NCBI GenBank assembly: GCA_964501905.1
Contig: CAZCTW010000002.1
Coordinates: forward strand, 195,821 to 259,820
Length of the DNA stretch: 64,000 nucleotides
Reading direction: 5' to 3'
From: an uncultured Thermofilaceae archaeon
Lineage (GTDB): Archaea > Thermoproteota > Thermoprotei > Thermofilales > B69-G16
Numbering within the stretch: the stretch's first letter is position 1; every line of letters starts with the position of its first letter. Both the position numbers and the translations under genes were made by a program. Below the pieces are notes generated by a model. The model was not told the DNA's origin. It was given only the letters and a program-made list of their open reading frames with translations, and made no database searches. Shown here in pieces: positions 56,697 through 64,000 of the stretch.

Positions 56697-57743
56697 CTAA
56701 GCTTCAGCTAGAAGTTCGCACTTTCCATCGATGTATTGGAAGAGTTTTATCTTTCCGTTTTTCAAATAGATGAAAGTGTTATTGATGAGTTTTTGATACT
56801 TCTCGCTTATCCAGGAGCCCGTATTAGCCACGATGAGCTCGCCGCTTTTAGCTACGCCAGGGACATGCGTATGCCCGAATATTACCCCGTTTACTTCACC
56901 GATTATATCCTCGTTTGCCTCAAGCCAATCTTTTATAGTTCCCTTTCTGACAAGCTCTTCGGGATGACGATACCTAGTTCTGTATAGATTTAAGCTCTGG
57001 GAGAGAGGTAAGATAAATAAATACCATAGCTCGTCTTGCACCTTTCTTATAGTCATTATGAGTAAAGGCAACATCAGCAGGGGAGGTGCCATGTATATGA
57101 AGGGTTTTATAAAAGCAGGCAAGCCTTTTAGAAATTCGCCGTAAACTAAGAGCAGTAATCCTGAGAGAGCTGAGAGACCCGCCATGTACCACTCAGTCCT
57201 CCCCGGTAGAGACATAAAACCTTCCGCCAAAGAGTATATATAAGATTCTATTTTCCATAATCCCCCCAGTTTGACGAATAAGCTATCGAATTGATGCCCG
57301 TGTAATAGTACGAATCTCTTATCTCCGCTTTCCAAAATAGCCATCTCTGGAGTCACTATGAAATCTTCTTTTCCATCAGCGTCTTTTAACATAAGTCTGC
57401 CTATTATACGGTCGTGGTTTCCCGCTATGTAAAGTTTAAGACGATCGAGGGAAAGTAATATTTTAGCTACTCCATAGAAATCGGAGAGTATAGCGTTTAC
57501 GTTTCCCTGCCAGAAATCCAGAATATCGCCTAACAGAACGAATAAAGTAGGCGTGTCTATTTCCTCACTACCTTCTAACCTGCCCTCCTTTAACTTTTTT
57601 AAGAAAGAACAAAGTTGGAGTAAATTACAACGTATACTACCCTCAGGGGATACTCCTAAATGAGCATCAGAAAATATTATGGCGGATTCATTTTCTTCTA
57701 GTTCGATTTGCGGAAAGCCAAAGGGGCTATAGTATAGTTTCAT
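56697..57743 (-). CDS. metallophosphoesterase with an inserted membrane segment (LpxH-like architecture)
   Basis: FSDAHLG, LGDILDFW, AGNHD, LLHGHQFD and GHTH motifs, with about 3 hydrophobic helices inserted between motifs. Confidence 0.7.
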   Translation of the reverse strand: MKLYYSPFGFPQIELEENESAIIFSDAHLGVSPEGSIRCNLLQLCSFLKKLKEGRLEGSEEIDTPTLFVLLGDILDFWQGNVNAILSDFYGVAKILLSLDRLKLYIAGNHDRIIGRLMLKDADGKEDFIVTPEMAILESGDKRFVLLHGHQFDSLFVKLGGLWKIESYIYSLAEGFMSLPGRTEWYMAGLSALSGLLLLVYGEFLKGLPAFIKPFIYMAPPLLMLPLLIMTIRKVQDELWYLFILPLSQSLNLYRTRYRHPEELVRKGTIKDWLEANEDIIGEVNGVIFGHTHVPGVAKSGELIVANTGSWISEKYQKLINNTFIYLKNGKIKLFQYIDGKCELLAEA

Positions 57744-57929
57744 CGTTCAATCCTCACATTGAAGTAAAGTAAGAATATTACAGCTAATTTATAAGTTTTT
57801 ACACCTTTTGTTTCATAGTAGTATTTATTTATAGTAACTAATTGTAAAAAATAATTTCGAAAAATAAAATACCAAAGACTCATTTCATGTATTAAACTAG
57901 TTTAAAATCTCTTCTTTTTCATTTTTAGC

Positions 57930-58532
57930 TTATTCTTCTCTTATTTTCATCAATCTAATGTATTCTCCGAGAACTTCTTCTTCGAGTTTTTCCTCAATAT
58001 ATCTAATAGTTTCCTCGAAGGATGGTATTAGCTTCTTCTCAATGCTATTAACTACTCTATTAATATAGGATAATTGTGCTGTTAATCTTTCAACAATTAC
58101 TTCTATATTTGAAATCTCTATTAGCTCTTTCACGGCTTCCCAAAGCCTTTTGAAAGTCATGCGGTACTCGGGATCCTTAATAAGCGATAGGTCAGGCTCC
58201 TTCTTCACCCTAGCCTGGGGGACAGGTACTCCCTGCACGCTGATAAGGAGAACTTCTATTTCGGGAGGTTTTACTAATTCAAGCATCGAGCGAAATTCCT
58301 GCTCCCCTCTATACATTCTTAAAACGGAGAGAGCTTCGAGAGCTTCCACAAACTTTTTCTCAATATCCGCTCTTTTTTTGAGCTTATCTATTAAAAGAAA
58401 GATTTCTCTTACTAGCTGATCTCTTCTCATCTCTAAAATGTTCTTGCCTCGCCGAATCAGTTCTAACTTCCGTCTCAACATTAGTAAAGTTCCTCGAGAA
58501 GCTGGGAGGTAGCCTAGCAGTTGTGAAGACAT
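57930..58532 (-). CDS. atpD: A/V-type ATPase subunit D
   Basis: N-terminal PSRGTLLMLRRKLELIRRGKNILEMRRDQL, coiled-coil protein directly downstream of atpB. Confidence 0.85.
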   Translation of the reverse strand: MSSQLLGYLPASRGTLLMLRRKLELIRRGKNILEMRRDQLVREIFLLIDKLKKRADIEKKFVEALEALSVLRMYRGEQEFRSMLELVKPPEIEVLLISVQGVPVPQARVKKEPDLSLIKDPEYRMTFKRLWEAVKELIEISNIEVIVERLTAQLSYINRVVNSIEKKLIPSFEETIRYIEEKLEEEVLGEYIRLMKIREE

Positions 58533-58538
58533 ATTCAG

Positions 58539-59963
58539 CTACCTGTAGTTTGGATGATATTTTTCTATTATTTCCTTAGGTATCCTAACCAGCTCCTCCT
58601 CAGGCAGTACGGATAGCACTTCCCAACCGAGATCTAATGTTTCTTCAATACTCCTATTCTCGTAGGGATCCTGGGAAAGGAATTTGCTTTCGAACTCTTC
58701 GGCGAACTTTAAGTAACTCCTCATTCTTGCGCTAAGTCCGGCTTCGCCTACTATCCTAGCCAAATCTCTGGCGCGTACGCCTCTAGAGTACGCATCATAG
58801 AGCTGGTCTGACACGTACTTATGGTCTTCTCTGGTTAAGCCTGGTCCTATTCCGGCTTTCATAAGCCTGCTTAGACTTGGCAACACGTTTATGGGCGGAT
58901 ATATGCCTTTAGCGTAGAGCTCTGCGCTGAGTATGATTTGTCCTTCAGTAATATAGCCAGTGAGATCAGGTATAGGATGTCTCAGATCGCCGCCGGGCAT
59001 TGTAAGTATGCCTAGGAGAGTTATGCTGCCTTTCTTACCTTTTACTATGCCCGCTCTCTCATATATTGTCGCGAGATCGGAGTACATGTACCCAGGGTAT
59101 CCCATCCTGCCCGGAATCTCTCTGCGAGCTGCGCTTATCTCTCGGAGAGCCTCGCAGTAGTTGGTCATGTTTGTGAGAATTACCAATACGTGCATTTCAA
59201 GATCGAAGGCTAGGTATTCCGCTATCGTCATAGCTATTCGCGGCGTCATGAGACGTTCTACTGCTGGATCGTCTGCTAGGTTTAGGATCACAACGGATCT
59301 TTCAATAGCTCCTGACTCTCTAAACTCTCTGATGAAGTACTCAGCCTCGGCGCTTCTTAGCCCGATGCCGGCGAAAACTACGGCGAATTCTTCCTCTTTA
59401 CCTCTGACTGTGGCTTGACGAGCTATTTGTGCAGCGATCATGTTGTGAGGTAATCCGGAAATGCTGAATATGGGTAGCTTTTGACCGCGCACCAGGCTTA
59501 ACATTCCGTCTATGGCTGATATACCGGTTTGTATGAAATCGTGAGGATACTCTCTGGCTACGGGGTTCATGGGCTCGCCCGTAATTTCTCTCTTCTCTCC
59601 GGTCATAATTGGAGGTAGGCCGTCTATAGGTTCGAAGTGTCCGTTGAACATTCTACCTAGGAGGTCTTCGGAAACTGGAATCTTAAAGACTGTTCCCGTA
59701 AACTGTATTAGACAATCCATTTGAAGTCCTTCCTTCTCGCCTAAGATCTGGACAACTGCCCTTCCCTCAGCGGCTTCGAGAACTCTACCGTATCTCAATT
59801 TGTCATCGCTACCTATTATACGTACAACTTCATCGTAGGCAGCGTCTTTTACACCTTCAACGATCATTATATTGCCGTGGATTTCTCTGGCTCCTCTGTA
59901 TATCTTGCCTTGGAAACCTTTTTTTAAAAGAATATTAACTAAATTTTCGCTACTCAATTTCAA
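58539..59963 (-). CDS. atpB: A/V-type ATPase subunit B
   Basis: Typical B-subunit sequence ([30 protein letters not shown]). Confidence 0.95.
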   Translation of the reverse strand: MKLSSENLVNILLKKGFQGKIYRGAREIHGNIMIVEGVKDAAYDEVVRIIGSDDKLRYGRVLEAAEGRAVVQILGEKEGLQMDCLIQFTGTVFKIPVSEDLLGRMFNGHFEPIDGLPPIMTGEKREITGEPMNPVAREYPHDFIQTGISAIDGMLSLVRGQKLPIFSISGLPHNMIAAQIARQATVRGKEEEFAVVFAGIGLRSAEAEYFIREFRESGAIERSVVILNLADDPAVERLMTPRIAMTIAEYLAFDLEMHVLVILTNMTNYCEALREISAARREIPGRMGYPGYMYSDLATIYERAGIVKGKKGSITLLGILTMPGGDLRHPIPDLTGYITEGQIILSAELYAKGIYPPINVLPSLSRLMKAGIGPGLTREDHKYVSDQLYDAYSRGVRARDLARIVGEAGLSARMRSYLKFAEEFESKFLSQDPYENRSIEETLDLGWEVLSVLPEEELVRIPKEIIEKYHPNYR

Positions 59964-61752
59964 CTCCCTCCTCTAGGCTTATCCCATATTTCTCGGCAAT
60001 TTCCCTTAACTTAGATATTACACGTTCATGAAGCTCCTTCACGGCCTCTATACCCCTCTCGTCTTCTTTTACTCTCATCATTTCAAACACTTCAGGTAAT
60101 GCAGCTATCTCTTCTATAGAAACGTTGCCACGTATTAATTTGTAAGCATGGTCGAAAAAGTCCATCATCATCTTAAGCATTAAGTACTGTTTCTCTGGTG
60201 GACAAAATACATCTTCTCCTGCGAGAGCGACTTGTCTCAGAAAACCCTCTTTTAGAATTTCAGAGGCCAACAGAATAAGCCTCTGATCGTCCGGAAGTGC
60301 TCCTTCGCCGACTATCGAAGCTATGGCTTCGATCTCACTAGCTACAGCGAGTAGCCGTAGTGCTTTCCTCCTATACTCCGGGTAATCAGGAGCTACGTAT
60401 TTGATCCACCACCTCTCCACTATATCTGCGTATTGACTAAAGCTTCTGAGCCAATTTATCGCCGGAAAATGCCTACGATAAGCTAGATCCGTGTCTAAAG
60501 CCCACATTGTACCAACGAACCTTAACGTGTGCGTCGTGACGGGCTCTGTAAAATCTCCGCCTGGCGGAGATACTGCACCTAACGCAGTAACAGAGCCTTG
60601 GCGTTCAGGTCTTCCAAGGCAGAGAACTCGGCCAGCTCTTTCATAGAACTCGGCGAGTCTATCTGGCAGATATGCAGGAAAACCTCTCTCCGATGGTATC
60701 TCGCCGAGCCGGCCTGAAATCTCTCTTATAGCCTCCGCCCATCGCGAAGTAGAGTCAGCTATTAGAGTAACATCATAGCCCATATCTCGGTAATATTCGG
60801 CTAGTGTAATGCCCATATAGATACTGGCTTCTCGCGCGGAGACTGGCATGTTTGAAGTATTAGCTATGACTATACTCCTCTCCATTATTGGATATCCCGT
60901 CTTAGGGTCTTTCAGTGCCGGAAATTCTTTAAGTAATTCGGCTATTTCGTTGCCTCTCTCTCCACATCCAATATATATCACGATGTCAGTTTTACTATGC
61001 ATTGAAATCTTATGAAGAGTTACTGTCTTACCAGTGCCAAAGCCTCCAGGAATACAGGCAGCACCGCCTTTCGCCACCGGGAAAAAGGTATCTATCACTC
61101 GCTGCCCTGTTATGAGAGGGACTTCGCTGGTAAGCCTCTCTTTATAAGGTCTAGGAATCCTCACTGGCCATTCTTGAGCTAGTTTTAACTCTCTTTTTTC
61201 TCCTTCTGGAGTTCTTACTACTGCTATAACATCATCAACTGTAAAATCTCCTTCATAAATTTCCTCAAGAATTCCTCTAACGCCCGGAGGCACCATGACT
61301 TTATGCTCGATCAAACGCGTTTCTCGAACCGTACCGAGGACATCACCTTCTTCTACTTTTCCACCTGCTTTAACTTTAGGTTCAAAATTCCACTTCTTAT
61401 CTCTGGATAAGGCATTAACTCTTGCTCCTCTCCGAATAAAAGGTCCTGTGATCTTAAGCACTTCATCTAAAGGTCTTTGAATACCGTCATATATATTACC
61501 CATGAGCCCGGGCCCCAGCTCGGCCATGAGAAGCTTTCCAGTAGTATATACAGGCTCTCCCGGTTTTAAACCGCTCGTCGACTCGTAAACCTGCACCGTG
61601 AAGTAGTCACCTGAAACCCTAACTACTTCACCCACTAAACCTTCTTCTCCTACGTAAACTACTTCTCCTATTCTGACCTCGCCTGATCCTTTAGCGATAA
61701 CTACAGGACCGCCAATAGACTTAATTTCGGAAATTAAACTAACAGCGTGCAA
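59950..61752 (-). CDS. atpA: A/V-type ATPase catalytic subunit A (no intein)
   Basis: Walker [31 protein letters not shown]. The 600-aa length argues against an intein. Confidence 0.95.
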   Translation of the reverse strand: MHAVSLISEIKSIGGPVVIAKGSGEVRIGEVVYVGEEGLVGEVVRVSGDYFTVQVYESTSGLKPGEPVYTTGKLLMAELGPGLMGNIYDGIQRPLDEVLKITGPFIRRGARVNALSRDKKWNFEPKVKAGGKVEEGDVLGTVRETRLIEHKVMVPPGVRGILEEIYEGDFTVDDVIAVVRTPEGEKRELKLAQEWPVRIPRPYKERLTSEVPLITGQRVIDTFFPVAKGGAACIPGGFGTGKTVTLHKISMHSKTDIVIYIGCGERGNEIAELLKEFPALKDPKTGYPIMERSIVIANTSNMPVSAREASIYMGITLAEYYRDMGYDVTLIADSTSRWAEAIREISGRLGEIPSERGFPAYLPDRLAEFYERAGRVLCLGRPERQGSVTALGAVSPPGGDFTEPVTTHTLRFVGTMWALDTDLAYRRHFPAINWLRSFSQYADIVERWWIKYVAPDYPEYRRKALRLLAVASEIEAIASIVGEGALPDDQRLILLASEILKEGFLRQVALAGEDVFCPPEKQYLMLKMMMDFFDHAYKLIRGNVSIEEIAALPEVFEMMRVKEDERGIEAVKELHERVISKLREIAEKYGISLEEGVEIE

Positions 61753-61893
61753 TCTTCACCGCCCCAGCTATATGGTGTTTCGAAAATAATAAATATTGCG
61801 ATAAATCCCTCTAGAAGGGGTTTAAAGACTTTGCGATTGAGAATGGATATAGCAAAATATTATCGCGAAACTAAAGGTATATGGGGTGCTTGA

Positions 61894-62832
61894 ATGGAAA
61901 CTTATCTTATTGTAAGACTTCACGGCTTAATTCAACATTTACTCAGCAGAGAAGACTATGAACGGCTTTTAAAGGGGAGACCTTTTAGAGAGCTCCCAGA
62001 ATATTCACATATAGAAAACGAGAATTCCCTAGAGGAAGTATTAGCTAAGGTAGACGATGTACTTATAAAGAGGTTAAATTTCCTAATGGGTTTACAGAGT
62101 AGGTATTCATCGTTTATTACAGCTTTTGGCGATAGGTTAGAACTCGAGAACATTAAGGTGAAGCTTAGACAGCTATACGGCCGGCGTAGTGAAGCTGGGA
62201 TATATACTCAGTACGTCCACTTCACCCCCCTAGATAAGCTCATGGAAGTAGATAGCGAGGAAGAGCTCTGGACCTCGCTTCAGAATACTCCTTACCATAC
62301 AGCTGCTTCGACGGAGGAAATATTAAAAGAGAGCCTCGAGTTCAAAGAAGCCTATCTTGATTCCTGCTATTACACGTATATCAAATCCGTTCTCCCCAAA
62401 AACGAGAGAAAGAGACTTGGCAGACTCCTAGACCTTGAGGGACTCATCGTCTCTGCGTATTGGATGCTGGTGTTCAATAAGGATAGGACAAGGGAGCTCA
62501 TTGAAGAAAAATTGCGCGGCTTTAAACCCAACTTCATTAAAGTTGAGGAGCTTAATCCAAGAAATATATGTAGCCTTTTAAAGTTTAATTGGAGCTTTGC
62601 GGAAAACCTCGTCAAGCGAGGAGAAATTTCTAAGCTAATGAAAAAACTAAGAAGCATACACTTAAGGCTTGTAAGAGAGGAGGCCAAAAGAGCCTGTTTA
62701 TCATCGCTCTTTCTCTATTACTACCTTCTCCTAATCAAATGTGAGAGAGACAACCTTCATAGAATAGTCTTAGGCAGAGCTATGGGGTTAAAGAGGGAAA
62801 AAATCAGACAAACACTTCTCTTTCAACTTTAG
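61894..62832 (+). CDS. atpC: A/V-type ATPase subunit C (AC39/d-like)
   Basis: All-helical 312-aa protein. YLIVRLHG..., LENIKVKLRQLYG and ERDNLHRIVLGRAMGL mirror the three repeated motifs of the C subunit. Encoded on the opposite strand to the other atp genes. Confidence 0.65.
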   Translation: METYLIVRLHGLIQHLLSREDYERLLKGRPFRELPEYSHIENENSLEEVLAKVDDVLIKRLNFLMGLQSRYSSFITAFGDRLELENIKVKLRQLYGRRSEAGIYTQYVHFTPLDKLMEVDSEEELWTSLQNTPYHTAASTEEILKESLEFKEAYLDSCYYTYIKSVLPKNERKRLGRLLDLEGLIVSAYWMLVFNKDRTRELIEEKLRGFKPNFIKVEELNPRNICSLLKFNWSFAENLVKRGEISKLMKKLRSIHLRLVREEAKRACLSSLFLYYYLLLIKCERDNLHRIVLGRAMGLKREKIRQTLLFQL

Positions 62833-63188
62833 ATTTTTCCAAGCAGCAGTATAGCTACGAGGAGACCGTAAATCGCTATACCTTCGGCTAGACCGCCGAG
62901 AATTAGCAGGTATGAAGATAGCTCGGGGCGCTCCGCAGAGGCGGCGAAGCCCGCGGATGCCACGATTCTGAGAGCCATAGCCGACGCTATCGTAGAACTA
63001 GCTACTGCTATAGCTGCCGAGAGAGCGACAAGACCCCTCTCAAGACTGGCGGACGGGGTAACTTCCTCAGGGGCATTCTCGGTCCCGCTACCCTCGGCGT
63101 AGGCCACGACTGCTAGTGCGACTGTAGCTATTAGAATGCTCGAAATCAATAGCACGAATGCTAGGTGTTTTCTCTGCAAGCGCCACAC
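62829..63188 (-). CDS. atpK: A/V-type ATPase proteolipid subunit K/c
   Basis: AERPELSSYLLILGGLAEGIAIYGLLVAILLL carries the conserved carboxylate (E). There is an extra N-terminal TM plus acidic linker, or the true start lies downstream. Confidence 0.8.
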   Translation of the reverse strand: MWRLQRKHLAFVLLISSILIATVALAVVAYAEGSGTENAPEEVTPSASLERGLVALSAAIAVASSTIASAMALRIVASAGFAASAERPELSSYLLILGGLAEGIAIYGLLVAILLLGKI

Positions 63189-63315
63189 CAGTATTCTCTA
63201 GTAACGAATATCTAATAAACATTTCGGGAAATCTCCTTTAACTGGAAAACTTGTATACGCTATTTGTTTGCTAGGAGTATGTATCAATTAGAAGGTTTCG
63301 TGAAATGAAATAAAT

Positions 63316-64000
63316 TTAGGAAGTTTTTGTAGAAGCTGGAACTGTGATAGGTTCGAATAATATTCCCTCGCCTTTGAAGAACTTTGTTGAAAACTCGTAG
63401 TAGGTCAACCTTAACGCTTGTATGCCGACAGCGAATCCTTCGATCATTAAGACGAGTACGTTTGAGAAAAGTATGCTTGGAGCATATCCTAGGAAGCCGG
63501 CCAGAGCTTCGGCTAAGATACCGAATGCTTCGTGCGCGAGCGCAAAGGCGGCTAGTCTTATGTAGGATAGGGAGTTAGCGGGGTACTCGATGATTAGCTC
63601 TAAGATCTCGATGACGCCGTGTATCATGTATTCGGAGTGTTTAGTCATGACTCCTTTTGAGATGAAAGCTAGGGGGATTAAAGCCATCATGCCTATAACG
63701 ACTGCCGTGACGGGGAGGAGACTACTGCTTACGGCTACTCCGAGGTTAAAGCCTGAGATTATAATGTTATAGGCTATGTATGCCCCGCTAATGTAGAAGA
63801 TTAATCCTGCAACTCCTCTGGCGCCGAAGATTGCTTCAAAACGTTCTCCCATCCTGAGGCAGTTTACTATGTTTAAGATCATAGAGAGTATGAGTTGTAG
63901 AGCTCCGAATAGGAGAGCCATGCCTATGATTTCGCCTAGGTTATGTAGGGGGCTTAGCAGTATAGGTTCCCATATCTCTACGAGGAATGATACTCCATAT
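63316..64000 (-). CDS. atpI: A/V-type ATPase subunit I/a, C-terminal part (gene continues beyond the window end)
   Basis: SYIRLAAFALAHE and LRLTYYEFSTKFFKGEGILFEP are the conserved a-subunit C-terminal motifs. The frame stays open upstream of M at 63921 through position 64000. Confidence 0.85.
   Translation of the reverse strand, partial: YGVSFLVEIWEPILLSPLHNLGEIIGMALLFGALQLILSMILNIVNCLRMGERFEAIFGARGVAGLIFYISGAYIAYNIIISGFNLGVAVSSSLLPVTAVVIGMMALIPLAFISKGVMTKHSEYMIHGVIEILELIIEYPANSLSYIRLAAFALAHEAFGILAEALAGFLGYAPSILFSNVLVLMIEGFAVGIQALRLTYYEFSTKFFKGEGILFEPITVPASTKTS

Noticed and set aside
1-64000. CRISPR arrays, rRNA genes, transposases or integrases, and inteins in atpA or other genes.
   Set aside because: Reading through the window, I saw no regularly spaced direct repeats, no rRNA-like conserved stretches and no DDE or tyrosine-recombinase motifs. 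AtpA has a normal length of 600 aa.

Overview
This is a gene-dense archaeal chromosomal segment of roughly 45% GC with short intergenic spacers, many 4-nt gene overlaps and TATA-box promoters. The content points to a hyperthermophilic, crenactin-bearing lineage (Thermoproteales or Korarchaeota-like). I cannot name the species.

Secure calls:
- tRNA-Trp(CCA) with a 19-nt intron.
- FeoA and FeoB followed by a FeoC-like protein.
- Two Alba paralogs.
- A GH57 glycoside hydrolase and GluRS.
- A split LplA/LplB lipoate ligase next to a pair of radical-SAM genes of the LipS1/LipS2 type.
- Crenactin with a Rad50-like zinc-hook ATPase (an arcadin-type cluster).
- TldD and PmbA.
- An ECF transporter embedded in a nucleoside/pentose salvage island.
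- A 1177-aa clan-CD (C25, gingipain-like) surface protease followed by a coiled-coil, TM-anchored stalk protein.
- Nicotinamidase with NadE, and TFB.
- A-type ATPase genes D, B, A, C, K and I.

Observations worth a second look:
- (i) The ECF-linked nucleoside island contains enzymes with no assigned step (BtpA-like, DUF523/TudS-like, FucI-like).
- (ii) A sharp mirror-image A+C versus G+T strand-composition switch is centred on the second Alba gene, inside about 2.3 kb of low coding density that holds decayed gene remnants.
- (iii) Several unannotated C/D-box sRNA candidates share an exact CUGA-N2-4-GUGAUGA core.
- (iv) There are three broken-gene loci: GNAT, a PRTase-like gene with an in-frame TAG, and a LysW-like frameshift.
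- (v) The protease and stalk genes form a two-gene surface module.

I found no CRISPR array, rRNA, transposase or integrase. All functional calls come from motif recognition by eye; no database search was run.
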